DNA of 64,000 bases. Source: Octopus vulgaris (lineage: Eukaryota). Below the pieces are notes generated by a model. It did no database searches, was not told the origin of the DNA, and worked only from the letters and a program-made list of their open reading frames with translations. The position numbers were made by a program, and so were the translations under genes. Numbering within the stretch: position 1 is the first letter of the stretch; each line of letters begins with the position of its first letter. This document shows positions 28,523 through 41,996 of the stretch, in pieces. The stretch covers positions 104,718,001 through 104,782,000 of the forward strand of contig OX597821.1 in assembly GCA_951406725.2 (NCBI GenBank). Direction: 5' to 3'.

Positions 28523-29680
28523 AGATGTATAATAACGGATAATAACTTCATTTATCAAAAAATGCTATCAGAATAGAAATAAACCTTCTTTTCTATAATA
28601 TTATTCAATACGCCAGCTTCAGCTTCAACAACTGCATTTATATGAGGTCTAAATCATCTATTATCTTGAATGAAGTAGTCCTGGTACATTTTTGGATATT
28701 TCCCCTAACTATGGAAGCTTTCATAGATTCTTTGGTGATATGGGCCTGTTCATTTTTCTCTCTCTCAAAGACGCTCCACGTGTGTTAGTCCAATTGATTA
28801 AGATCTGGGGAATTCGGAGGCCAAATGTTAGGGGTTAGGTGATCAAAAACATTTTCAACCATCCATTCATGTGTTACTAGAGCTATATGTGATAATGCAC
28901 AGTCTTATGGAAACACATATGACCTCCCATTGCATACACTGTATATCCAGGGTATAACAATTATTTTCAGGATCTCATTGTTGGCCTTGTGGAAAGAAGT
29001 AACGGGTGCATTACATCTCCTCCATTGCTGACAGCCCCTAAAACCATGACAGCTGCAGGAAATTTTGTTTGCATAACACTTGGAACTTCAGAAGAGTCTG
29101 CGCATAACCAGCTGTCATTTATTCCGTTACCTTTTTGAATTTGGTCGAAATGCTTTTCGTTTCAGAAATATTCTTCTGCTGGAATTTTCAATTTGTTTAA
29201 GACTTTTTTAGACCAGATGTAGTGATGATTTTCGTTTGCTTTTTCGGACAAATTGACGTTCTCTCATCATATAAGACTTATATCTGATGTTTGACTGTTC
29301 CTTCTGACATATGAAGATATTTTGCAATTGACCTCATCAACATTTTGGGATTGTGATAAAAGGTCTCTTGAACTTGATTAATAGATTAAGGTGCTCTGAT
29401 GATTTTAGAGCGTTTAGAATGATTTTAATGCTTTGATACTGGTGAAACTTTTCCATCTCCGGTCTCTAGCTCCTTACAAGCTTTGTAGACGAAATTTCTG
29501 GCAACTTTTTACTATAAATCTCTATGCTCAGGGTTTACACTCACAATAACAGCATACTTCTTCATTTCTTGAGTAAGCAGAGGGTCTGTCAATATTATTT
29601 TCTGAAACAATACATAGTTACCAAAAAATGCAGCAATGACCCCCCCAAAAATGTATGTACTTAAATATCTTCGCACCCTT
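28521..29680 (-). mobile_element. Tc1/mariner transposon relic (DD37D-like)
   Basis: Minus-strand transposase remnants (TKFPAAVMV, VSNGGDVM, LTPNIWPPNSPDLN). Right end ..CGCACCCT-TA resembles a CAGGGTGCG TIR. Confidence 0.75.
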
Positions 29681-30454
29681 TATATGTTAGATATGTAATA
29701 TTGTACGAGTCTTCATCACTAAAGCAGCAGGTACGTGATAATAGTTTGGGTTATGTGAACCAAATATAAACTATTCCGAAATATTCCTAAATAATAGATG
29801 CATCTGAACAATATTTCAGATTTACTACTCATTTTGTTTCAGCTGTGAGTCTTTTCATACGTGTTTCGCTGTCCAACATGCATTGGAAAACAATGTGACG
29901 AGACCCAGTATTTTTGAATATAAATACCATTCGTAGTCGTTGCATCCTACTTGCTATAGCAATATATAACAAATATTACCATCCGAAACTGAGTAATCCA
30001 GCAACGGGATACATATAAATATGTATGCATTCATGGTTTTTTGGTCGAGCATTATAAAAGGGTCTTCCTTCTATTTAGATTCTTGAGATGATCAATATTT
30101 CGCAGAATATACGAACAGTTCTATATTTCTGTTAAAATGAGGTGCGTTGTTAAGCTGCAGTAAAACATTAACCATTCTCGTAAACAGTATACCAATAATG
30201 CCAGGTGGTGCCTTTAAGTCGAGATCCCTGAATTTGAAAGAATCGACACAATTCAATATTTTGTTAGCTTTGCAATGAAGAAATTTTAGAAGGGATATCG
30301 CTCTCCTTCCTGTAAAATTGTGACTAATTTTTGCAGAGTACCAGATAGTCAATAGTACTTCTTGAGTGTTTCCTTTGTATTGCAGGTTTTTGTTTTTAAA
30401 TTGGAATACAGGCGTTTCAGTATGGTAAAAATAAAATTGCTTATCGACCACACA

Positions 30455-30591
30455 TCTCCGGGTTCAGTCCCTCTGAATGGTATCTTGGGAAAATATCTTC
30501 GATATCCTCGGTCGATAAGAGCCTCTGTGTATTTCGTATACGGACAGTCTGTATGTGTGTGTGTGTGTGTGCGTGTGTGCGTGCGTGTGTT

Positions 30592-30622
<31 letters not shown>

Positions 30623-30852
30623 TTGTACGTGTGTCTCTGTGTGTGCGTCTGTGTTTGTCTGTGTTTCTCCGCACGTACAAGGGCATGACAACCTATGTTA
30701 GTGTGTTTATGTCCCTGTAACTTGGCAGTTCGTCGAAAGAATCTGACAGAATAGATATTTTCAAAAATGGAACTATTGTCGATTTATTCGCCGAAAATTC
30801 TTCATGGCCACACACTAACGACTGAAGTAAGTAAAACATAAAAATAATAAAA
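30455..30852 (+). mobile_element. SINE family A, degenerate
   Basis: CCGGGTTCAGTCCC..CTTGGGAAAATATCTT, internal (GT)n, GTCCCTGTAACTTGGCAGTTCG tail. Confidence 0.65.
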
Positions 30853-31544
30853 GACGTAGCAGGGAAGAGTTACACGTATAACTGAGCTTCATGAGGTTTC
30901 AGTAACGCATTTAGTTCTTCGCGTAACTTCTAAGAATTCAGAAGATAAAAAAAAGTCGCCATCTCTGCAAGAAGCCTTGTACTTTTTGCGATTCATTGTC
31001 ATTGCTATCCAGTCAATATACGAAATTAAGGAAAAAAAGGAAAAAGAAAGAGACAAAAAGTGAAGAACAAAAAATCTAACATCCTATTTACTTCTAGCTT
31101 TATACACGCACAGACAAACACGCTATAATGCTAAACTCTAAACTTATACGAGCTAATTCTCTTCTGAAACCGTCTATTTAGATTCATTTATTCCTGCATT
31201 AGTCGACAGAAAGGAAAGCCATGATTGCCATCTGTCATTTCTATCAAAGCTACATATAATTTTCCCATCTCTCAGTTGCAACACATTGTTTAATATAGCC
31301 AACCTAGGAAAAATATCAGATGAAATGGTATGTAAATGGGCAGCATGTTTGCGGAAATTATACAGTAGAATGCAAGGTCCTGACTACAATTATTTCTCCG
31401 AGTTATAATTACATGCAGTGTGTAAAGTGTACACTTTTATTTGAATACCAGAGCTCAATTCCATCTGCGCACGAATTACAAACATCTGCTATGCAGAGCG
31501 GAATCTCCAGCATTGATTGAAAGTTTGACATAGCTTAACCCTCA

Positions 31545-31573
31545 ACCTACCTACCTACCTACCTGTCTATTTT

Positions 31574-31639
<66 letters not shown>

Positions 31640-31640
31640 A

Positions 31641-31682
<42 letters not shown>

Positions 31683-31684
31683 TT

Positions 31685-31722
<38 letters not shown>

Positions 31723-31771
31723 AACCTGTCTATCTATCTCTCTCTCTCTATGTATCTATCTATCTGTCTAT

Positions 31772-31852
<81 letters not shown>

Positions 31853-31902
31853 AATCTGTCTGACTGTTTGTATGTCTGTCTGTCTCTGTCCCCCCGTGTG
31901 CA

Positions 31903-31987
<85 letters not shown>

Positions 31988-32050
31988 ATATATCTATCTA
32001 TTTACTTATCTATTTATCTATCTATTTATCTATCTGTTTATCTTTTTATT
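31545..32050. repeat. (TATC)n/(TA)n compound microsatellite
   Basis: Direct reading. Confidence 0.9.
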
Positions 32051-32562
32051 TATACATGAAGAAATACATCTATTTGTGTATATATGTATATGTATACACA
32101 AACTCCCACACACACACACGCGTGTGTGTTTGTGTTTGTGCATGCATGTGCGTTAAATAGTTTACGTATTCTAACATAGATTTCATAGTAAAATTCAGAT
32201 GAACATACGTAAAGCGACCTACATCGTCCCCAAAGGGATTAATAATTTCGAAATACGTCACCGATGAAGGTAGTGTTTTGTAAGAGATACCACATGTATA
32301 ATCAAAACCCTCACTGATCGAAATTTCAATTCGGCATGCAGTTCCTGCAGCAAGCATTTAACATGAACTCGTAAGTTATCTGCAAGGAGCAATCAATTTT
32401 ATGAACGACATTAAATGATGGAAATGGATGGAAATTATGGGTTTATAATGTATGCTTAATTTATGTTATAAACATTCATGGAAGGAATCGTGATATTAAG
32501 ACTCACGAACACAGTATACGAAACTTATGCAAAATTAAAGTTAGATTTCATGCATACACAAC

Positions 32563-32956
32563 CTCTTTTACTCTGTTACTTGTTTCAGTCATTTGACAGC
32601 GGCCATGCTGGAGCACCGCCTTTAGTCGAGCAAATCGACCCCGGGACTTATTCTTTGTTAGCCTAGTACTTATTCTATCGGTCTCTTTTGCCGAACCGCT
32701 AAGTGACGGGGGCGTAAACACACCAGCATCGGTTGTCAAGCAATGCTAGGGGGACAAACACACACACATATATATATACATATATACAACAGGCTTCCTT
32801 CAGTTTCAGTTTCCGTCTACCAAATCCACTCACAAGGCATTGGTCAGCCCCGGGGCTATAGCAGAAGACACTTGCCCAAGATGCCACGCAGTGACACTGA
32901 CCCCGGAACCATGTGGTTGGTTAGCAAGTTACTTACCACACAGCCACTCCTGCGCC
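32563..32956 (-). mobile_element. tRNA-derived SINE family A, full length
   Basis: Reverse complement begins GGCGCAGGAGTGGCTGTGTGGTAAG and is colinear with 19220-19703. Confidence 0.9.
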
Positions 32957-33194
32957 TGGGTAAATAATTAGCATCGGTCACATGAATAGAAGCCATGCTT
33001 ATGTGAGCCTGGTGGATCGACTGCTGTTTGAGCTTTGTAATCTTTCTACACAATACTGTAGAGCCACTTTGTTAGATGACTATTTTAAAGGTAAATATAA
33101 TAATAACGATGTTGAATTTTAAGGCCAATTTTATGTATTGTTTCTATTAAAGACATAAGTCTAGATCAAATTATCAACGTGGCGTACCCACTCT

Positions 33195-33244
33195 GTATGT
33201 ATGTATGTGCGTGTGTATGTATATACGTGTGTATATATGTATGT

Positions 33245-33281
<37 letters not shown>

Positions 33282-33294
33282 CATACAAATATCC

Positions 33295-33330
<36 letters not shown>

Positions 33331-33372
33331 CATACAAATATCCGTATATATATAAATTTATATTTATATATG

Positions 33373-33428
<56 letters not shown>

Positions 33429-33590
33429 TATTTACATACATATATCCGTATATATATAAATTTTTATATATATATATATATATATACATACATATATATA
33501 CATACACACACAAACACACATATATATATATATATATATATATTTACATGCATACATATATCCATAAATATAAATTTATTTATGCATGTA

Positions 33591-33643
<53 letters not shown>

Positions 33644-33705
33644 TCGCGCACACACACAAATATATATATATATTTACATACATATATCCACATATATATA
33701 TATAT

Positions 33706-33750
<45 letters not shown>
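33195..33750. repeat. (TA)n/(TACA)n low-complexity tract
   Basis: Direct reading. Confidence 0.9.
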
Positions 33751-33751
<1 letters not shown>

Positions 33752-34424
33752 GGGCGGCGTAGCAGTGGAGGCCTCTGATAAATACTCTTCAAAAATAACC
33801 CGCAGGAGATTGATGTTCTTTTAACTTCTAATATAACACGAGTAGTCTAATTGTACACGGTTGCGTTTTAGAATTATAATGTCTGCAAGACTTTGAAGTC
33901 ATGACCAAAGGCAATACAGACACAATTATTTTCTTAAAAACTTTACTCCAGACGTCTTTCAAGGATTACTGTTTTATATCTATATTTGAAATGGTTATTG
34001 TTTGCAGAACTATATTTTCTCAATTAGTTCTGCACACAGAAGAGTAGAAGTTAACAATACTCAAGTTATACTTACATAATTACAAGCGAAGACACATTGG
34101 CATTTAATAATTATGAATACACAGAATGAACTTCAAAGTTTATAACTGTAACCTTTATAATTTTACTTACAAATAGAAATATAAAAATAAAATGTTTGTC
34201 TGGTTTTCCACTAAACAGAAAATATAAGAAAGAATTATTCGGTTAGTCAAAAGATGACGATTAAGATTATTCACATATCACAGTACCAGAACATGGCATA
34301 GCATTCCGATTTGATAAAAAAAAAGATGTCATATGTCAGTTGTCCTGGAAATGAAAGAAATACGTTACGCATATGTTTTTGTGTTCGTTATTAAACTAGA
34401 AACAGATGCTGATATAACATATTA

Positions 34425-34662
34425 GAGGTGTGTTGCTTAGTGGTTAGGGGAGTAGGTCCCATAATCGCAAGATTGTGGTTTCACTTCCTGGAGCGGGTGA
34501 CGCGTTAACTTCTTTAGCAAAACACTTTATTTCCCGTTGCTGCAGTTCACTCAACTCGCAAAAATGAGTAATCCTGCGACAAACCGGTGTCCCGGCCATG
34601 TGGGGAAAATATACGGCATGGAAGCAGGGAAACCGGCTCTATGAGAGTATGTCTTGGGAAGG
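34425..34662 (+). mobile_element. tRNA-derived SINE family C
   Basis: GCTTAGTGGTTAGGG A-box-like, GTGGTTTCACTTCC B-box-like, GCAAAACACTTTATTTC..GTTGCTGCAGTTCACTCA core; homologous to 50335-50580. Confidence 0.7.
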
Positions 34663-35224
34663 ATATAACGTGTTATGATACAATTAAATATCATCGTTTC
34701 GTTATGGACAGTAAAATATTTTAATGTTATATTTAATAAATCGTATCTTTAATAGAATATCGGATTCCCTATCCTGCTATAAGAAATCCGGAAATACTGT
34801 GCAATTCCGTGCCATATCCCGTTCCGTGTATAAAATAAACAAATCGGTGAATTTGAATGCGGTTTATTAAGAATAGTTTTGTTAATTACTCGTTGTATGT
34901 GGATTTCTAATAATCAAATATACTCTGAAGAAGAAATGTATTAGTTTGTACGCCATTTGCTCAATAAAATCTTGCACTTTACTTTTCTTCGTTTAATTTT
35001 TATCCTATAAACTTTACACTGTACTCAAAGCATAGTAAAATATAAACTTTACACAGTGCTCAATAGTACAGACATTCTGTACTCAATATACAGAATTTTA
35101 ATTGGATGAATAAATATCAGACAGTCTCAGTTTCCCAGTTTTTGAATTATATGAATTTGGATTTGGGAAATAAAGTTTAGATTAAGGATGTGAATTCTTG
35201 CGTTGAAGCATAATTTATTGTATG

Positions 35225-35483
35225 TGGGGAGAGTCATTCTCTTTTAGTGTCTTATTACTTAACACACTCGCCGGTTCGATTTCCACTCATTTGCTTGTTT
35301 GTTTTTTTCAAAACTTTTCATTGCTTCTTGCAACCTTTTCAGTAGACGCTGAGAGTCGACGACTATTGAAAATGTTGCAAGAGGCAATGAAAAATTTAGA
35401 AAAAAATAAATAAGTAAATGGTTGGAAATCGAACCGGTGAGTGTGTTAAGTAATAAAACACTAAAAAAGAATGAGTTTTCCCA
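35225..35483. mobile_element. Palindromic MITE (whole element is an inverted repeat)
   Basis: TGGGGAGAGTCATTCT..TTATTACTTAACACACTCGCCGGTTCGATTTCCA..TTGCAAC pairs with GTTGCAA..TGGAAATCGAACCGGTGAGTGTGTTAAGTAATAA..AGAATGAGTTTTCCCA. Confidence 0.85.
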
Positions 35484-36916
35484 GATATTAGATAGGATAG
35501 TTTAGAGCCATTCAAATTGTAAAGCCGCTCGCAGATATTATGAAGAAAGGGAAAATATCTATTGGGAAACATTGCAGGATGAAAAAGAATAAACAAAACA
35601 GCGTATTGCTCTAAGCGAAAAACAGAAACTACAAGTTATTGGTTTCTGAGGAAAGAAAACGAAGATAATGCAAATCTTTCACCGGTAGCCAAACTTTTCG
35701 GAAGAAAACAACATATTCTATACCATCGAGAATGTATTTTCCTTCCACTGTCATCAAAATAAATACCTTTAAATGACCAGAATTTAAAGTATCTCTTAAC
35801 TTATTCTTAGTATTTCATTTAAGCAAGACCAGTGATTTTATTGGCTTCTGTCAAATACGATGTAATATTTCTCACATTAAAAACAAATCCAAAATGCAAA
35901 GCATTTACATCATCCACCCAAGGAAATATGCGTTGAATATTGTATTTCAGCGTTTTCTTTCATCAATGTTTTAACTCTCCTGCAGTTTTGTTTTTTACAC
36001 GACTTATGCAACATAGTTTCCTGGGATAGACATGTAATAGGAAATCGAAGCAAAATGAAATGCCTTTAAACTTAAACGAAATAAAGAGAACTATCAAAAT
36101 CAGATGGTTATCCTGAATGTATTCAAAACGTTGACACTTATTTCTTTATTTGTAAATCGAACAGATTCATAAAGACGCATAATGTAATTTGTTGCCGAAC
36201 CAGACGTTCAGATTCTGCCTGGTCACACGGAATCTTTTTATGCGTAACCTCAGAATTTTCGTTGAAGAATTATTTTGTACCTTACATTTACGCAATTATT
36301 GGGCGTTGAGTGTCGTTTTATATTTCATAATGCTACAACACAGCAAGCGAATCTGCGTCACTAAATTTGACTATATGATTTGGCTTCAAACGAATTCCTT
36401 TATGTAAAAGACGTACGTTCTATTCACTGAATTTTTTCTGCTCTTCGTTTGTGCTCCGCCTAGAATTATTCAAAATATTTTTTTCTCTGAATTACTTCAT
36501 GAATAGCGTACAAAATTATCTGATCCATAAATGTCCTTTAAATATATATTAAATCTCTTCAAATACCATGGAAATAGATCACGCACTAGGACAGGCTGTA
36601 TATAGCAGATATATAATTTATTATAGAATATTTTATGGAGAAGCTACTAAGCTGCTCTTTGTGAAAAACAGGTGACGTCCGTTTGTTTTGGTTTTATACG
36701 TGATATAAACAACATTTAATCTTATGTTTCTCCTACTCGTTGCCAGTAGATAAGTTTGCTAATCTCGTTAGTCATAAATTAATGATTGTAAAAGCTCCAG
36801 ACACTGCACTGAAACACAACAGACAGACAGATATAATTTTCTTCAGTATTTCGTTTTTGGATTTGGTTTGCAAGATTCTTTATGTGAGTTCGTGTGTTGA
36901 ACCATATTCTGTTGTT

Positions 36917-37053
36917 CTGGGGAGAGTCATTTTCTTGAAAAGGTTGCAAGACGCAACGAAAGTTTTAGGAAAATATAAAATAAAAATAAGAAATAAGTGG
37001 AAATTACCGGCGTGTTAAATTATAAGACACAAAAAGAAAATGACTCTCCCCAG
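36917..37053. mobile_element. Internally deleted member of the same MITE family
   Basis: Perfect 19-bp TIR CTGGGGAGAGTCATTTTCT / AGAAAATGACTCTCCCCAG; interior resembles the right arm of 35225-35483. Confidence 0.8.
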
Positions 37054-37621
37054 GCACAACAAAATTTTCGTCAGTGTTATGGCAGTTACAGTTTACGTTT
37101 CAAAGTATGCGCTGTCGTTTGCTACTTTCGATTAGACAGGAATGTACTCAGCTTCAGGGGTCGATTATATGATTTAATTGGCTCTGCAAAGACGAATGGT
37201 GTAGTACCACAGCGGTATTTTATGTCGATTTTTCTTTTATACTTCTGGGCTGAATAAACTATGGACCAGTCAAGAACGGGGGGAAATGGGTAGCGTCTAA
37301 TCATGTCCTCTACTAACTGTTCATATTGCTTCTAAAACAGAAACATTTCTTTAAATCATGCGTTGCCAAATATTTTCCATAGCAAAAACAATGTAATCGC
37401 CCTGTATATAAAATATAGTGAGATGAATATAATTTTATTAAAATGAATCCAGTTCACAATTTTAGAATTATCTAGTGACGAGTCAATTAAGTTGTAAACA
37501 AAACTAAAATAGTGCTAAATAGAAGAAATAAAATATATTTATTTAATTTTAGTTCTACAGTATATACATGTATAGCAGGAGTGGAATAAATAAAAGAACA
37601 TATTTTGGCAATAAAATTAAT

Positions 37622-37683
<62 letters not shown>

Positions 37684-37833
37684 GTGGCTCTCATGGCTTC
37701 TGATGTGGCTCTCATGGCTTCTGATGTGGCTCTCATGGCTTCTGATGTGGCTCTCATGGCTTCTGAAAGTGGCTCCCATGGCTTCTGATGTGGCTCTCAT
37801 GGCTTCTGATAAGTGGCTCTCATGGCTTCTGAT
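37684..37833 (+). repeat. Seven tandem copies of a 21-bp unit GTGGCTCTCATGGCTTCTGAT
   Basis: Direct reading; two junctions carry an extra AA. Confidence 0.95.
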
Positions 37834-38345
37834 CTTAACTGATTGGAAGTGTTATCATGTACATTGTTTTGTCTTGGTATAAAAGATGGGCTACAGCAAA
37901 TATTCTGCTCAATACCACAGATTTGCTTGTCAGTTGTTTGACCTTAACCAGTTGAGCATGTCCCTTAGTGCCTGACGATATGTGCATCTCTGATCACGAG
38001 CATAAGTAGTGGGGGAGCATCATAGCCATGTGTTGAGAGGGATTCTTTGGGGTTTGAATAGTTCATCTCTGGAAACATGGGTGGTTCTTTCAACATCCTT
38101 AAACAACCCTTATTCAGGGACCGTTTGAGCGGGATGGGCTACTCAACCTGAAGAAAATTCTAACTGGGCCCCACCTGCAAGGTCATGTGCTGTTTATCTT
38201 GATATGAGATCACCATGTCGCGCACATATGGTTGTGATGCATGTGCCTGGTGTACCATTATCAGACGGGTAGTCATAATGGGTATATTGGGCTTCGTATA
38301 TTTTACCCCAGTGTCACTTTGATGGCATGAACTGCTCTCTCACTC
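37684..38345 (+). mobile_element. Non-coding (TAA)n-inserted retroelement segment (probable 3' UTR or non-autonomous R4/Dong-type element)
   Basis: Bounded on both sides by pure (TAA)n; no ORF; same context as the adjacent REL-encoding fragments. Strand is inferred from the neighbours. Confidence 0.55.
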
Positions 38346-38374
38346 AATAATAATAATAATAATAATAATAATAA

Positions 38375-38885
38375 GGAAGATAGATGCAAATAGGCCAGAC
38401 ATTATATTGAAAGACTTCAGACAAAGAACATGCCTCCTCATTGACATGACTGTCCCAATCGATATAAACGTATCTGTCAAGACCTACCAAAAACTGAGCA
38501 AATATAAAGATCTTGAAATAGAAATCAGCAAAATGAGGAAGCTGAAGACTAAAACAATACCTGTTGTCATAGGTGCCCTGGGAATGATAGCGAAAGGGAC
38601 TGATTGCTACCTAACTCAGATACCAGGAAACCTCAAAATGGCAGAAATTCAAAAGATAGTGCTCATGGGAACTGCTCATATCCTACGCAAAATACTCTCT
38701 ATGTGATCCCAAGGTTTAAAACAAACTTTTTTTTTATTTATATTTCTTTTTTATGTATTAGACATTCACGAGTACAAAAAAAAAACCCAAATATATGGCA
38801 CAGAACTTCCAACCTGTTGTCTCTTGAGGTCTCTGGGTGAGACTTGGAGCCAACTTGTACAGACATAAAGCAAAAGTCAAACATA

Positions 38886-38886
<1 letters not shown>
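38375..38886 (+). mobile_element. 5'-truncated R4/Dong-type LINE (REL endonuclease C-terminus + 3' UTR)
   Basis: KIDANRPDIILKD..LLIDMTVP..KLSKYKDL..PVVIGALG..QKIVLMGTAHILRKILSM, flanked by (TAA)n. Confidence 0.88.
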
Positions 38887-38966
<80 letters not shown>

Positions 38967-39071
38967 TAAGAAGAAGGAGAAGAAGAAGAAGAAGAAGAAG
39001 AAGAAGAAGAAGAAGAAGAAGAAGAAGAAGAAGAAAGAACAAGAACAACAACAAGAACAACAACGACAACC

Positions 39072-39341
39072 AGGCTATAGAAAATGAAGAATATGAAAGC
39101 AGTGCTAATAATTTTGGGTCCTTGGGAAAAGTATCAGAAGGCATCAAAAGGAATATAAATGAAATTGGAATAGAGTACTCAGTAGAACTGTTACAAGATG
39201 TTTGCCTCCTTGGCAAGGTCAGAATGATCACAAAAGTATTAGCTGAAACGAACGAATTGCATTGTACCGAAGACAACAGGTAGTAAGCCCGCTACGAATG
39301 CAAGAATCCAGGAGCTCCAACAAAACCTGTCGTAAAAGAGA
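39072..39341 (+). mobile_element. Degenerate R4/Dong-type 3' fragment (separate family)
   Basis: GSLGKVSEGIKRNINEIGIEYSVELLQDVCLLGKVRMITKVL aligns with the GALG..LQK.VL.GT..ILR.L end of its neighbours; distinct UTR; ends in (TAA)n. Confidence 0.65.
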
Positions 39342-39342
39342 A

Positions 39343-39421
<79 letters not shown>

Positions 39422-39438
39422 TTAATAATAATAATAAT

Positions 39439-39690
39439 CTCTGGATGTAAAGTCCCTGCAAGAAGTGCAAAAGATTGTCTTAACTGGTACATCACACGTA
39501 TTGAGAAGAGCATTGTCGATGTGAGAACTATTACTACCCATGTATTTTAATTTAACTTTAAAAAAAATGAACGAACTAGTGAATTTAGTTTAATGGCCTA
39601 CCAATGTATACTATGAGTTTCTTTGCCCTAGGAGTCGGGAAGACACTCGGCAAGAAATGGAAGCAAATTTGAAAGGAGAAGAAAAAAAAG
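39439..39690 (+). mobile_element. Short 3' fragment of the R4/Dong family at 39857-41879
   Basis: 39453-39674 is near-identical to 41649-41879 (TCCCTGCAAGAAGTGC..GAAGCAAATTTGAAA). Confidence 0.9.
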
Positions 39691-39776
39691 ATAATAATAA
39701 TAATAATCATAATAATAATGAAAATGATCATAATAATAATGATAATAATAATGACAATGATGATAATAATAATGAC

Positions 39777-39856
<80 letters not shown>

Positions 39857-41879
39857 GGATTGACTACAAAAAGGCCTTCGACAGTATACCGCATCCATGG
39901 ATCTTGAGATCGCTGGACATCTTCAAAATTTCCCCTGTGATTTCAAACTTCCTGAAGCACAATATGTCGTTGTGGAATACGAATCTCCAATTATACCACT
40001 CTAATGGAGTACTTGCCTCAGAAAATATAAACATCAACTGTGGAATTTTTCAAGGTGACTCACTTTCACCTTTAATATTCTGCATAGCCCTAATACCCCT
40101 TACAAGTGAATTAAACAGAACAGCGTATGGGTATAAAATTGCCAATAAAAAAATAAGCCACCTATTTTATATGGATGACTTAAAATTTTATGGTAAAGAC
40201 AATAATGAACTTGAAGGCCTATTGCGCACCGTGAAAGCATTCAGCGATGACATCGGGATGGAGTTTGGACTTGAGAAGTGTGCCAAGGCCACTTTCCAGA
40301 AAGGGAAAGTGAAGACCACAAATTCAGTCGTGTTAGATGTTGACACAGTCATAAGAGAGCTTGAGCAAGAACAAACATACAAATATTTAGGGATAAATGA
40401 AGGCTCTGGTATTCAGCATGCATGCATGAAAGAGAAAATCAGGAAGGAATGTTATAGGAGAGTTCGTGCAGTCCTGAAATCTGAACTAAATGCACGTAAC
40501 AAGGTGTTAGCTATAAATTCCTTAGCAGTTCCAGTTGTTACTTATAGCTACAATGTGTTGAACTGGAATATGAGTGAAGTAAAGAATATAGATAGAAAAA
40601 TACGCAAGCTACTGAGTTGTAATAGGATGCACCACCCAAAGGCAGACGTAGATCGCCTTTACCTTCCCAGAGCCCAAGGAGGTCGAGGCCTGATCCAATT
40701 TGAACTAGCTTACAAAACAACCACAATTGGACTGGCCAAATATCTCGAAATTTCGAATGACTGGATGCTAAAGCTCGTGGAAAATCACGAGAGACGAAAG
40801 AAGCTTCATTCTATCATAAAGGAAAGCAAAAAATTTGCTATTGATCTCGTGCAGGATACCCAAACTGAACAACCCGAGGGAAGTACGGCAACTATTGTTG
40901 CAAAGAAGGTGAAAATGATGGCAATGAAAAAGCGCACGAGCAATTGGCTGATAGGTGGGAGGAGAAACCTCTGCACGGCAAATATGTGACCCGCAGCAAA
41001 CAAGCTGATGTTGACCAAAAGCAAACCCATCAGTGGCTGCGGAGCTCAGGGCTAAAAGCAGAGAGCGAAGGTTTCATCCTGGCTGTTCAAGATCAAAGCC
41101 TTTTAACCCGGAACTACCAGGCCAATATGATGAAAAATGGAGCAGACCCAAAATGCCGATTCTGCAACGACATGATTGAAACAGTGGCCCACCTAATCTC
41201 TGGATGTAAAGTCTTAGCACCAGTGGAGTATAAATTAAGACATGACAGAGTTGGCCAATATCTCCACTGACTAATAAGTCGGCATTACAATATCAAAACT
41301 GCCGACAAGTTGTATAATCACCACCCTGAGGCTGTAACTGAAGGAGAAAATGTAACCATTCTGTGGGACTTTCCAGTACATACAGACCGAACCATCAAGG
41401 CCAATAAACCAGATATTGTTGTGAAAGACCAAAACAATAAAGTTTGCTTATTGATCGACATGAGCATCCCCTGTGATCATAATATCTCAGCGAAAGAGTT
41501 TGACAAGCTCAGAAAATATAAAGACCTACTCATTGAAATTGAGAAAATGTGGCATCTCAAGGCGGTTACAATACCAGTGATCGTAGGAGCACTAGGAATG
41601 ATCAAGAAGGGAACCGAAAATTATATGAGAATGATCCCTGGCTTACCATCCCTGCAAGAAGTGCAAAAGATTGTCTTAACTGGTACATCACACGTATTGA
41701 GAAGAGCATTGTCGATGTGAGAACTGTTGCTGCTCATGTATTTTAATTTAACTTTAAAAAAAAAAAAAAAAATGAACGAACTACTGAGTTTGGTTTAATG
41801 GCCTACCATTGTATACTATGAGTTCCTTTGTCCTAGGAGTCGGGAAGACACTCGGCAAGAAATGGAAGCAAATTTGAAA
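39857..41879 (+). mobile_element. 5'-truncated R4/Dong-type non-LTR retrotransposon (RT + CCHC + PD..D REL endonuclease)
   Basis: Motifs IDYKKAFDSIPH, GIFQGDSLSP, YMDDLK, YKYLG, RLYLPRAQGGRGL, CRFC..ETVAHLISGC, RHD, NKPDIVV, IDMSIP. Frameshift near 40930 and TGA stop at 41268; (TAA)n on both sides. Confidence 0.93.
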
Positions 41880-41912
41880 TAATCAAATAATCAAATAATA
41901 ATGAAAATGATC

Positions 41913-41949
<37 letters not shown>

Positions 41950-41950
41950 C

Positions 41951-41996
<46 letters not shown>

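Noticed and set aside
30092-30451. 119-aa minus-strand ORF as a host exon
   Set aside because: No recognisable domain or convincing splice context; possibly a very old LINE remnant.
37684-37833. Possible CRISPR-like array
   Set aside because: The units are directly tandem with no unique spacers, in a eukaryotic context without cas genes.
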